The notes under the pieces are model-generated. The model worked only from the letters and a program-made list of their open reading frames with translations, was not told the DNA's origin and ran no database searches. Made by a program: the position numbers and the translations under genes. DNA of 64,000 nt from an uncultured virus (IMG/VR IMGVR_UViG_3300025009_000009) (Duplodnaviria; Heunggongvirae; Uroviricota; Caudoviricetes), in IMG/VR virus record IMGVR_UViG_3300025009_000009, positions 1 through 64,000 of that record, one strand, 5' to 3'. Shown piece after piece: positions 1 to 8,689 of the stretch. How positions within the stretch are numbered: the first letter of the stretch is position 1; each line of letters starts with the position of its first letter.

Positions 1-369
1 AATGGTTATGCTTTGAAATATGTTGAACATCAAACTCCCGAATTATGTTTAGCTGCTGTTAATCAATATGGTTATGCTTTACAATTTGTTAAGCATCAAA
101 CAGAAGAAATATGTTTAGCTGCTGTTAAACAAAATGGTTATGCTTTGAAATATGTTAAACATCAGACAGAAGAAATATATTTAGCTGCTGTTAAAGAGAA
201 TGGTATGGCTTTACAATTTGTTAAACATCAAACAGAAGAAATATGTTTAGCTGCTGTTAAGGAAAATAGTTATGCTTTACGTTTGGTTAAACCAGAGATT
301 AAAACAGAAGAATTCTTATTACGTTGTTTAGAAAATAATATAGCTTGTATAAAATATATAGAAGTATAA
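1..369 (+). CDS. DUF4116-type 22-aa repeat protein (5' truncated by window)
   Basis: Frame open from base 1; tandem units ALxxVKHQTEEICLAAVKxNG. Confidence 0.8.
   Translation, partial: NGYALKYVEHQTPELCLAAVNQYGYALQFVKHQTEEICLAAVKQNGYALKYVKHQTEEIYLAAVKENGMALQFVKHQTEEICLAAVKENSYALRLVKPEIKTEEFLLRCLENNIACIKYIEV
181..351 (+). repeat. Near-identical copy of 13898-14068
   Basis: 171-nt manual alignment with 6 mismatches; last 141 nt have 2. Confidence 0.9.
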
Positions 370-370
370 T

Positions 371-829
371 ATGAAAAATAAGAGAAAACTTAGACTTCTT
401 CTTAAATGGTTAGGTCCACTTAAACCTAGAATAGTATTCAAACCACTCAAAGGTATTTCTGGTTATATAAATGATACTTCAACTGTTATATATGTTAATA
501 ATAAAAAAGAAAGTTCTTCTTGGATTCTAACAACAATAATACATGAGTATATACATTTTCTAGCTAGTTTATATAACATAAAAGGGTATAAGTTTGAAGG
601 TAATTATATAGAAATTGCAAATCTAAATGATATGTTTAAAGTTGTAGATTTGATTAAATCTGATTTATTAATTGAAACACATACAGAATTATTAACTTTA
701 CTAATTTACATAGAATTTTGTAGACAACATGATATTGTTTGTGATAATATTAATTTTAGTAATTATTTAGATGCTAATGAAGATGATTTAATAGAGGATA
801 CATTTAAAAGAATTTATAAGGAAAAATAA
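371..829 (+). CDS. Putative HExxH zinc metallopeptidase-like protein
   Basis: TIIHEYIHF motif. Confidence 0.5.
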   Translation: MKNKRKLRLLLKWLGPLKPRIVFKPLKGISGYINDTSTVIYVNNKKESSSWILTTIIHEYIHFLASLYNIKGYKFEGNYIEIANLNDMFKVVDLIKSDLLIETHTELLTLLIYIEFCRQHDIVCDNINFSNYLDANEDDLIEDTFKRIYKEK

Positions 830-1101
830 TGGAAAATGTAGTATATACTATTCTTATGTTAATAATTTTATGTTTATTTATGTTAGTGATTGTACCACAG
901 GAATATAGTCTTACATTTGTCTCACTTATTGTTATACAATTTATAATGATGATTTATATTATGATATTCTTTCCTGCACAAAATGATGACTTTTGTGTAA
1001 TAAATGTTGATGGTAAAGAAAAATTAATGTTATATAAACATATAATAGAAGATAAAACAATACATGATAAAGATAATATTTTATATTTAAAGATTAAATA
1101 A
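829..1101 (+). CDS. Hypothetical membrane protein
   Basis: Two hydrophobic segments; coupled to upstream stop. Confidence 0.6.
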   Translation: MENVVYTILMLIILCLFMLVIVPQEYSLTFVSLIVIQFIMMIYIMIFFPAQNDDFCVINVDGKEKLMLYKHIIEDKTIHDKDNILYLKIK

Positions 1102-1111
1102 GGAGATATCT

Positions 1112-1489
1112 ATGTCTAGAAAATTAATTAATTTTTCAGAATTAAAAAATGTTACTTTTAATGCTATTGATAACACAGATGATATTATAACATTTTATTG
1201 TGATAATGGTGATAGATACGAAATGTATCATGAACAAGATTGTTGTGAAAAGGTATATATTGAAGATATAAATGGTAACTTAGATGATTTATTGAATTCT
1301 CCTATTCTTTTAGCTGAAGAAACAACTAACAATGAAAATCCAAAAAATACTTATGATGATTCGTTTACTTGGACTTTCTATAAATTAGCAACAATAAAGG
1401 GTTATGTTGACATTCGTTGGTACGGTGAATCAAATGGATATTATTCAGAAAGTGTTGAAGTGTATAAAATTAGTAAGGAGAAGGAATAA
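1112..1489 (+). CDS. Conserved phage hypothetical protein
   Basis: HEQDCCE and RWYGESNGYYSE motifs; AAGGAG RBS. Confidence 0.7.
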   Translation: MSRKLINFSELKNVTFNAIDNTDDIITFYCDNGDRYEMYHEQDCCEKVYIEDINGNLDDLLNSPILLAEETTNNENPKNTYDDSFTWTFYKLATIKGYVDIRWYGESNGYYSESVEVYKISKEKE

Positions 1490-1689
1490 TGAAAAATATT
1501 ATTAAAAAAATTCGATTATTAATTTTTAAAATAAAAATATGGTATAAACAACCAAGGTATTGTGACTATCCTGAAGCTGCTACTCCTCTTTTTGGATGTT
1601 GGGGATTATTATACAATAAAGATTTTCCAAAATGTTGTAAAGATTGTGAATTAAATAAAGATTTAAAAAAGGATGAATATGAAAGCTAG
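1489..1689 (+). CDS. Hypothetical Cys-rich protein
   Basis: ORF, RBS, coupling. Confidence 0.55.
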   Translation: MKNIIKKIRLLIFKIKIWYKQPRYCDYPEAATPLFGCWGLLYNKDFPKCCKDCELNKDLKKDEYES

Positions 1690-1885
1690 AAATGGTGAAC
1701 ATTTTGATTACTATACTTGTGAAGATATAGAAAAAGAATTAACAAAAGAAGAATTAAAGCAATTTTCTAAGTGGATTAATGGACAAACTTGTGGTATAGT
1801 AGATAATCAATGTGTGTATTATAGTGAAGATGTTGAGAGATTTATAAGAATGGTTAGAAAAGGAATACCAACATATTTTGATTAA
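1679..1885 (+). CDS. Hypothetical protein
   Basis: AAAGGA RBS before ATG 1679. Confidence 0.6.
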   Translation: MKARNGEHFDYYTCEDIEKELTKEELKQFSKWINGQTCGIVDNQCVYYSEDVERFIRMVRKGIPTYFD

Positions 1886-1898
1886 GAAAGGACAAAGA

Positions 1899-2162
1899 AT
1901 GAAAATAATACTAACTCCTATAGAAGAAGTAATATTAGAAAAATTATTAAAAGGTGAGATTGTTGGAAATTTAACATATACAATAAACGAGTCAATTATA
2001 GATAGATGTCTAAAAGAACATGGAAAATGTTTAGGTATAGGACATACTGATGTTGTAAAGTGGAAAGAGGTTACAGAAAGATGGGTTGCTTTAGAAGAAG
2101 GAAAACATGAAGAATTTACAATAAATGGTAAAAAAGTTATGTTTCATGCTGTAAGATGGTAG
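1899..2162 (+). CDS. Hypothetical protein
   Basis: AAAGGA RBS before ATG 1899. Confidence 0.6.
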   Translation: MKIILTPIEEVILEKLLKGEIVGNLTYTINESIIDRCLKEHGKCLGIGHTDVVKWKEVTERWVALEEGKHEEFTINGKKVMFHAVRW

Positions 2163-2194
2163 GATATAAATTATTTTAACAAAGAGATAAACTT

Positions 2195-2461
2195 ATGGAA
2201 ACATTAGGAATGGTATTATTTGGTATTGTCTTAATATGGTTAATTAGTATAGAATTTAGAATGGGTAATAATGAATTATTTGACAAATGGTTAAACAGTT
2301 CTATGTTTGAAGATCGATATGTATCTAAGTCTAATTTATTAGATTATATTTTAAGAAAAAATATAGTTGACTATCAAAAAGATTCGTGTAAAGATAGTAT
2401 AAAAGATTATAGCGAAAGAATACAAAATCTAGAGGAAACTATTAAAAAATTGGAAGAATAA
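2195..2461 (+). CDS. Hypothetical protein with N-terminal TM segment
   Basis: Hydrophobic N-terminus. Confidence 0.55.
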   Translation: METLGMVLFGIVLIWLISIEFRMGNNELFDKWLNSSMFEDRYVSKSNLLDYILRKNIVDYQKDSCKDSIKDYSERIQNLEETIKKLEE

Positions 2462-2476
2462 TCAATAAGGATTTAT

Positions 2477-2920
2477 ATGCAAATATTTGCTACATATAAC
2501 TGTCCTATTAAATCTGCAAAATATCTAGATAACAAACGCGTTATTAAACAAGTTTTAGAATCAGCTCAATTACTTTCAAATGCAATACATTTAAATAATG
2601 GTGTTGGACCTTACAAATTAACCCACAGACACCATCCATTAACTATATCAGTAAAATCATCTAGAAGTAACTATAAATGGTTACTAGAGCATTTCTATGC
2701 TTTATGTAAGGAGTATACTAGAAGGTTTAACAAAGTACATAAATGTCGCTATTTGAGTACTTATTTTGAGACTAACGTAAACCTAATACCAGACAATGAA
2801 TTATATTTTGTTAACTGTACAGATTTTAAGGATATACAAGATGTACATTTAGCATACCGAATTTGCTTGAGAAAAAAATGGAAGAATGATATAATAAAAC
2901 CTAGATGGAGGAAAAAATGA
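2477..2920 (+). CDS. Pyrimidine-dimer DNA glycosylase / endonuclease V-like protein
   Basis: MQIF..LDNKRVIKQVLESAQLL and YKLTHRHHP pattern of the family. Confidence 0.75.
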   Translation: MQIFATYNCPIKSAKYLDNKRVIKQVLESAQLLSNAIHLNNGVGPYKLTHRHHPLTISVKSSRSNYKWLLEHFYALCKEYTRRFNKVHKCRYLSTYFETNVNLIPDNELYFVNCTDFKDIQDVHLAYRICLRKKWKNDIIKPRWRKK

Positions 2921-3276
2921 GTTCAGGACTAAGTTGGGCATATGAACAGATAAAAGAAGAGGAAAGAAGTAATAAATTAACAGAAAAACAAAGACAAAAA
3001 GAAGCCGATGAAGAAAAAAAGAAGTGGTTAAGAACACAGGAAGTATTTGACCTTCAAAATGAACATAAAAATAGTGATGAATATAGAGAATCTTTAAAAC
3101 TTATTGAAGAGAAAAATTTAATTTTAACTATATTACAAGAAGATTATAATTTAAAAGTAAAAGAAATAAATAACAAATATTGGAAAAATATTGAAAATTT
3201 ACAAAACATAGCTAAAAATAAAAACAAAGAAGAGTATGAGAGAAAATTAGAGTTAATAAATAAAAAATATAAATAA
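2917..3276 (+). CDS. Hypothetical coiled-coil protein
   Basis: GGAGG RBS before ATG 2917. Confidence 0.6.
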   Translation: MSSGLSWAYEQIKEEERSNKLTEKQRQKEADEEKKKWLRTQEVFDLQNEHKNSDEYRESLKLIEEKNLILTILQEDYNLKVKEINNKYWKNIENLQNIAKNKNKEEYERKLELINKKYK

Positions 3277-3295
3277 TCCATAGATGGAGGAAAAA

Positions 3296-3532
3296 ATGAA
3301 AAATTATAAAAAAGGAACAAAATTAAAGTTTGATAAAACAGGCTTAGAATTAAATGGTGGATATAATGCTAATTCTACATGTGAATTTATTTTTATAAAA
3401 AGTAGAATAGGAAGAATATATAATGTGGATTTTATGGATAAATATGGAAATGTTATACATTCAGATACAGAAGAAGATATTAAAGATTTAGAATTTGTAA
3501 CAACTCCTATACAATACTTTCCTTGGGGGTAA
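3296..3532 (+). CDS. Hypothetical protein
   Basis: GGAGG RBS before ATG 3296. Confidence 0.6.
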   Translation: MKNYKKGTKLKFDKTGLELNGGYNANSTCEFIFIKSRIGRIYNVDFMDKYGNVIHSDTEEDIKDLEFVTTPIQYFPWG

Positions 3533-3534
3533 AT

Positions 3535-3714
3535 ATGATTGTTTCTTGTTGGATTTTATATTTTAATTTAATGTCATTATTACCTTTTAATGATTATACT
3601 ATGTTAACAAAAATGTATATTATGAATAAAGATGAAAAAATAATTGTTACTGAAATATTATTTCTATATCAATCTAATTATGTAATAGAAAGTAAAGATA
3701 TGTTTTGTTATTGA
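3535..3714 (+). CDS. Hypothetical protein
   Basis: GGGGGT before ATG. Confidence 0.45.
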   Translation: MIVSCWILYFNLMSLLPFNDYTMLTKMYIMNKDEKIIVTEILFLYQSNYVIESKDMFCY

Positions 3715-3745
3715 TAAGTACATTAAATTATAATTAGGGGTATTT

Positions 3746-3973
3746 ATGGGTAAAGATGGATGTGGAGGAGCTGTAGGAACTGAAGTTAGATATCAGAAAA
3801 TAGATATTGTATATATAGTTTTATATGATGGATATCTTGTTGAAGTATTTAGCACAAAAGAATTAGCTAATCAATTTATAAATTATTTAGTAAATGAAGA
3901 TTATGAATATAAATCTTATCATAAAGATGGTTTTGATATAGTGGAAAAATATATAAGGGAGGATTTACCATGA
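3746..3973 (+). CDS. Hypothetical protein
   Basis: ORF, RBS. Confidence 0.6.
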   Translation: MGKDGCGGAVGTEVRYQKIDIVYIVLYDGYLVEVFSTKELANQFINYLVNEDYEYKSYHKDGFDIVEKYIREDLP

Positions 3974-4242
3974 AAGTAACTCTTAAAGATAGATTTGGAT
4001 TCACTAAAATTTATAAAGATAAATATATCAAACATGTTATTAAAAAAGGAAATTTATTAACATATGAGATAAGATATCCTTATATTGATAAAGATTCTAT
4101 ATTGGAATCAAATGAAGTATTTATTAGACCATATTCCATTTTAGAATCAAATGAAAATTATAAGGTCTTAATTTTTGTTTGGGATAGAATAAGTAATTTA
4201 GAAGATAAAAAGATAACTTTTATAGAAAAGGATTTACTATGA
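3970..4242 (+). CDS. Hypothetical protein
   Basis: GGAGG RBS, ATGA overlap; SILESNE occurs twice. Confidence 0.6.
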   Translation: MKVTLKDRFGFTKIYKDKYIKHVIKKGNLLTYEIRYPYIDKDSILESNEVFIRPYSILESNENYKVLIFVWDRISNLEDKKITFIEKDLL

Positions 4243-4415
4243 AATATTTTGTGGCATACAACGCTAGTCCTGGTAATCTTTTAGCAAATTACGAAGGACA
4301 TCTATCTGTAGAATTTAGTTCTTTTGAAGAAGCATATGAGTTTGCTATAAAAACTAAAGGAATTATTTATAAAGGAATTGCTATTGTAGATAAATCTATA
4401 GAAATAAAGGAATAA
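4239..4415 (+). CDS. Small hypothetical protein (58 aa, not in ORF track)
   Basis: Manual translation MKYFVAYNASPG...; AAGGA RBS, ATGA overlap. Confidence 0.6.
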   Translation: MKYFVAYNASPGNLLANYEGHLSVEFSSFEEAYEFAIKTKGIIYKGIAIVDKSIEIKE

Positions 4416-4676
4416 CATGAAAACAACAAAAGAAATTAAAAATTTAGAATTAAAAAAGGAAAAATTAAATGGGTATAATATATTTTATAATGGTTTTATT
4501 TTAAAATATAAAATTGGTTATAAACAAAACTTGGTTTAATATGGTGAAGTAATGATGTGTTATATTATACTTTTAGTAGTGGGTGTGTTTTTTATTAAAG
4601 TAATACACTATTACTTTTTTCATTATGAATATAAGATAGATAAAGTTAGAAAATATATAAAGAAAAGGAGTAGTTA

Positions 4677-4925
4677 ATGAAAAATATTGTTAAAAAAATT
4701 ATATTAAAATCTTATATAAAATTTGCATATCATAATTTACATTGGTTATCTGGTAGTGATTCTTATATTAAAGTTTACATATATAAGTTTTTATTTAACT
4801 GTTTTAAAATTAAAAAACATATAGATTTTGAAAGATGGTGTGTTTGGTTTAATCCTAAAAAGATAAATAGATATTATAAAAAAACTATGAATATTAATTT
4901 AAAACTTACTAGTGACTTTATATAA
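4677..4925 (+). CDS. Hypothetical protein
   Basis: AAGGAG RBS. Confidence 0.5.
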   Translation: MKNIVKKIILKSYIKFAYHNLHWLSGSDSYIKVYIYKFLFNCFKIKKHIDFERWCVWFNPKKINRYYKKTMNINLKLTSDFI

Positions 4926-4934
4926 AAGGAATGC

Positions 4935-4963
4935 TTGATAATAATCCAAATTTAACATATAAT
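4935..4963 (+). promoter_or_regulatory. Sigma70-type promoter upstream of polymerase
   Basis: TTGATA-N17-TATAAT. Confidence 0.65.
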
Positions 4964-4997
4964 GAAGCATATATAATAATCTTTAACAAAGGTTTAT

Positions 4998-6770
4998 ATG
5001 TTATACAAAATACTTAAAAGTGAATACCAAGACTTCCTAGACTATCTTAAAGACACTTCAATCAAATCATTTACAGAAAATTCAATACTTACGTTAGATA
5101 ATAACGAATACATATTTGAAGACATATCACAGTTTAATGAATTAAAGAATCCTAAAAAGAAAGATAACTCACAATTAAATGATACAACTATGTATAACAA
5201 GTGTCAATTAAATGACACAACTGATATAACTACGTCGATTGATAAAGATTTAATCTATGGTAAAGATCCAACTGAACGTATTGTTAATATATCTATCGAT
5301 GATAATTTGGTATATATCTATAGAGAATTAGAAGATGGTACAATAGATACTCAGGTTAAACAAGCTAACTACTGGATTATTGGTGCATCTAAGCCTGCTG
5401 GTAAGTATATTACTTTAGAAGGAAGTCAACCATATAAATACTTAAAAGAATATTCAGACTATGAAGATTATAAAGTAGCTAGAATTAACTGTTATAAGAA
5501 GAAGTCTGATGTATATTCTATATCTAATTTAGTTGAAAGTTACATGGTTAGAAATGGTTATACATATTTTAAGGGAATGAAGATTAGTGAAGTTTCTGTA
5601 CTTTCGTTTGATATTGAAACTACAGGATTAGATCCAAAGCTTGATGATGCTAGAGTGTTACTGATTTCCAATACTTATAGGAATAACAAAGGTGTGATAA
5701 CTAGGAAGTTGTTTAGTTTAGATGACTATGAGAATGATGCTGAGATGATCGAGGATTGGTGTTCTTGGGTGAGGAAAATGAATGCTAGTATATTACTAGG
5801 TCACAATATTTTTTCTTTTGACCTACCTTATTTAAACCATCGTGGAGGAGGGTTAGAACTAGGAAGAGATGATAGTTACTTAACTTTCGAAGAAAGACCA
5901 TCGAATCTAAGAGTTGATGGTAGTCAACAGTATACTTATTTTAAGGTACATATACAAGGAAGGGAATTGCTGGATACTTGGTTTTTATCGATAAAGTATG
6001 ATATACAACGAAAGTATCCTAATTATAAACTAAAAGATATTATAGAATTTGAAGGATTAACACAAAAAGACAGACAGTTTTATGATGCTAGTAAAATAAA
6101 AGATAATTGGCATCTTCCAGAAGAAAGAGTTAAGATTAAGGCGTACTGTATAAGTGATAGTGACGATAGTTTAAAATTGTTCGATTTAATGGGACCATCT
6201 TTTTTTTACTTTACAATTCACTGTCCTAAACCTTTTCAATTAATGTTGGAAAGCGCCTCTGGATCACAAATCAATAGTATGATGGTTAGAAGTTATTTAC
6301 AAATTAATAAATCATTACCAAAAACCACAGAACTATCCCCAGTACAAGGTGCCATAAGTTTCGGACTGCCTAAATTTAGATGCAACGTGTTAAAATTAGA
6401 TTTTTCTGGGCTTTACCCCTCAATAATACGAACTTGGCAATTATATGATCCAATAAAAGATCCAAATAGAAATTTCCTAAAGTTAACCGATTATTTTGCT
6501 GAAGAAAGATTAAAACATAAGAAAATAGCAAAAGATACTGATGATAAATACTATAAAGATTTGGAACAAATGGAAAAACAGACAGCAAATTCAATGTATG
6601 GTATGTTGAATTGTCAAGGATTATTATTCAATAATAGTTTAATCGCTGGTGAAATAACAAGAAATGCTAGAGAATTATTAAATAAAATAACACTATTTTT
6701 TACATCAATTGATATAAATAAATGGAAGGAAAAATTAGATACTGAATCCGAAGAAGTTGAAAATGAGTAG
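4998..6770 (+). CDS. polB: Family B DNA polymerase, N-terminal part (3'-5' exonuclease, motifs A and B)
   Basis: ExoI FDIET, ExoII GHNIFSFDLPYL, ExoIII YCISD, motif A DFSGLYPS, motif B KQTANSMYG. Confidence 0.9.
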   Translation: MLYKILKSEYQDFLDYLKDTSIKSFTENSILTLDNNEYIFEDISQFNELKNPKKKDNSQLNDTTMYNKCQLNDTTDITTSIDKDLIYGKDPTERIVNISIDDNLVYIYRELEDGTIDTQVKQANYWIIGASKPAGKYITLEGSQPYKYLKEYSDYEDYKVARINCYKKKSDVYSISNLVESYMVRNGYTYFKGMKISEVSVLSFDIETTGLDPKLDDARVLLISNTYRNNKGVITRKLFSLDDYENDAEMIEDWCSWVRKMNASILLGHNIFSFDLPYLNHRGGGLELGRDDSYLTFEERPSNLRVDGSQQYTYFKVHIQGRELLDTWFLSIKYDIQRKYPNYKLKDIIEFEGLTQKDRQFYDASKIKDNWHLPEERVKIKAYCISDSDDSLKLFDLMGPSFFYFTIHCPKPFQLMLESASGSQINSMMVRSYLQINKSLPKTTELSPVQGAISFGLPKFRCNVLKLDFSGLYPSIIRTWQLYDPIKDPNRNFLKLTDYFAEERLKHKKIAKDTDDKYYKDLEQMEKQTANSMYGMLNCQGLLFNNSLIAGEITRNARELLNKITLFFTSIDINKWKEKLDTESEEVENE

Positions 6771-6802
6771 GTATTAATAATCAAATATATGGTGGTATCA
6801 TT

Positions 6803-7516
6803 ATGATAAAAAAATATAATTTTGAATTAGTTAACTGTGATACTGATAGTATCAGTATTTGTAATTACGATCAAAGTAAAATAACAAAAGAAACCCAAAT
6901 ATTAATGTTAGAAGAAATTAATAAACTATTACCAGGAAAAGTTATATTAGATCACGATGGTTATTTTCCTAAATTCCTAGTTATTAGATCAAAAAACTAT
7001 GTGATGGTTAAAGAAGATGGTAAAATAAAATACAAAGGCAGCTCAATTTTAGACAAAAAAAGAGAGCTAAGTACCCGAAATCTCATGAATGAAATCATTT
7101 CTTCCATCTTAGAAAACGATATTAACTACGACTTAATCAATGCTATCTATGAAAAATACATAATAGAAGCCAACAACGTTACTGACATCAATCAATGGGC
7201 TGTTAAACGTACATACACCAAAGCAATCATGACTAGTGAAAGAACTAATGAATCTAAGGTGCGTGATGCTCTTAAAGATGAAACAATGTCTGAGGGTGAC
7301 AGGTTCTATATTTATACAAGTAAAGGTAATACTGTGAAACTAACAAAACATTGGGTTAAAGGTGACGAAGATTGCGAAAAGCTAACAAAACGCGTGTTTG
7401 ATACGTTAAACATTTTTAAAGAAATACTTGACATGTCTAAATTTACGAAGTATCATTTAAAGACTAAACGAAAAGAATTGGAGAAATTACTAAATGAAAA
7501 TGCAACAATTTTATAA
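6803..7516 (+). CDS. polB: Family B DNA polymerase, C-terminal part (motif C, thumb)
   Basis: VNCDTDS at N-terminus, SKNY, YKG; GGTGG RBS. Confidence 0.88.
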   Translation: MIKKYNFELVNCDTDSISICNYDQSKITKETQILMLEEINKLLPGKVILDHDGYFPKFLVIRSKNYVMVKEDGKIKYKGSSILDKKRELSTRNLMNEIISSILENDINYDLINAIYEKYIIEANNVTDINQWAVKRTYTKAIMTSERTNESKVRDALKDETMSEGDRFYIYTSKGNTVKLTKHWVKGDEDCEKLTKRVFDTLNIFKEILDMSKFTKYHLKTKRKELEKLLNENATIL

Positions 7517-7680
7517 TATTATAGTAACAATATGCCTTATAATAGCAATATATACTATTTTAAATCTTAACAAAAGTTATATAGAATTAGCACAAAAATA
7601 TAATAATCTTTATATGTGCACATTTAATATTACGGAAATTGAACCTAAAGAATGGTGTGAAAATATTTAATGGGGGTTAA

Positions 7681-7905
7681 ATGTTATTAAAATTTAAAAA
7701 TGTTAAAAATAAAACAATATTAATAGATTCTAAGGATACTTTTTTAAAAAGTTATAAAAATAAAGGATCATATTTTATTATTTCCTTAAAATTTAATAAA
7801 GAATGGAAAATAACGAGATATTTTTTTATAAAAATGTATAATTCCAAAATGAATACAGAATTTACTTCTATAAAACAAATATATTTAAATGATAATATTA
7901 AATAA
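7681..7905 (+). CDS. Hypothetical basic protein
   Basis: ORF, GGGGGT RBS. Confidence 0.5.
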   Translation: MLLKFKNVKNKTILIDSKDTFLKSYKNKGSYFIISLKFNKEWKITRYFFIKMYNSKMNTEFTSIKQIYLNDNIK

Positions 7906-7982
7906 GTTTACAAAATACCATTTAATGAATAAATATTTCCGATGAAATAGAGTAATTATTTACGATAACTTAGAGAAAATAT

Positions 7983-8420
7983 ATGAAAATAGTAAACGAT
8001 AGTATATTTAGTTATTCAGCAACACACACTATAGTTCATTGTATTTCTTTAGACTGTGTTATGGGTAAAGGTATAGCTAAACAAATAGTGGATTTAAATC
8101 CTAATTTACGTAAATTACTATTAAATGGTCCTTTCGATTTAGATATTGGTAGATCTTACTATATTGAAGATATACATAAAGTTATAAACATGATAACAAA
8201 AGAATTTTATTATGATAAACCAACATACTTAGATTTTATTAATGCTTTAATTGATATTAGAAGAATAGTAGAAGAAAATGATATAAAAAAAATAGTTATG
8301 CCTAAAATTGGGTGTGGTTTAGATAAACTGGAATGGACTAAAGTTAAATTCTTAATAGAACAAATACTAGATGATGTTGTTGAAGAATTAATTGTTTGTG
8401 ATTTAAGTAAATGGGATTGA
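7983..8420 (+). CDS. Macrodomain protein (Poa1p/TARG1-like ADP-ribose hydrolase)
   Basis: HCISLDCVMGKGIA, NMITK, MPKIGCGLDKLEW. Confidence 0.88.
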   Translation: MKIVNDSIFSYSATHTIVHCISLDCVMGKGIAKQIVDLNPNLRKLLLNGPFDLDIGRSYYIEDIHKVINMITKEFYYDKPTYLDFINALIDIRRIVEENDIKKIVMPKIGCGLDKLEWTKVKFLIEQILDDVVEELIVCDLSKWD

Positions 8421-8446
8421 CAGAACATAGCAAATTATGCTACTAT
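8417..8446 (+). promoter_or_regulatory. Sigma70-type promoter
   Basis: TTGACA-N18-TACTAT with TGn extension. Confidence 0.5.
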
Positions 8447-8469
8447 ATTTAAATTGGAGTAATTACTAA

Positions 8470-8688
8470 ATGTTAATTAAACATTATGAAATTTTAGATA
8501 TTCAATGTTGGTATGCACATATAAAACCAATGACATACCAAGTTGGTGATTTTTATGAAGTTATTTTAACTAAAAGAATGAATGTATTCACTGTTACAAC
8601 AACTGATGGTTATACTTTTGGATTTTATAAACAATATTTAAATTTTGAAGAAGCAAACAAACAGTTTAAAAAATTATTAAGGGGTTGA
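8470..8688 (+). CDS. Hypothetical protein
   Basis: GGAG RBS. Confidence 0.55.
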   Translation: MLIKHYEILDIQCWYAHIKPMTYQVGDFYEVILTKRMNVFTVTTTDGYTFGFYKQYLNFEEANKQFKKLLRG

Positions 8689-8689
8689 T

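Noticed and set aside
6768..6805. TAG readthrough or stop-codon reassignment joining the polymerase halves
   Set aside because: ORF2 is out of frame (32-nt gap), a TGA follows in frame, and other genes read normally in the standard code
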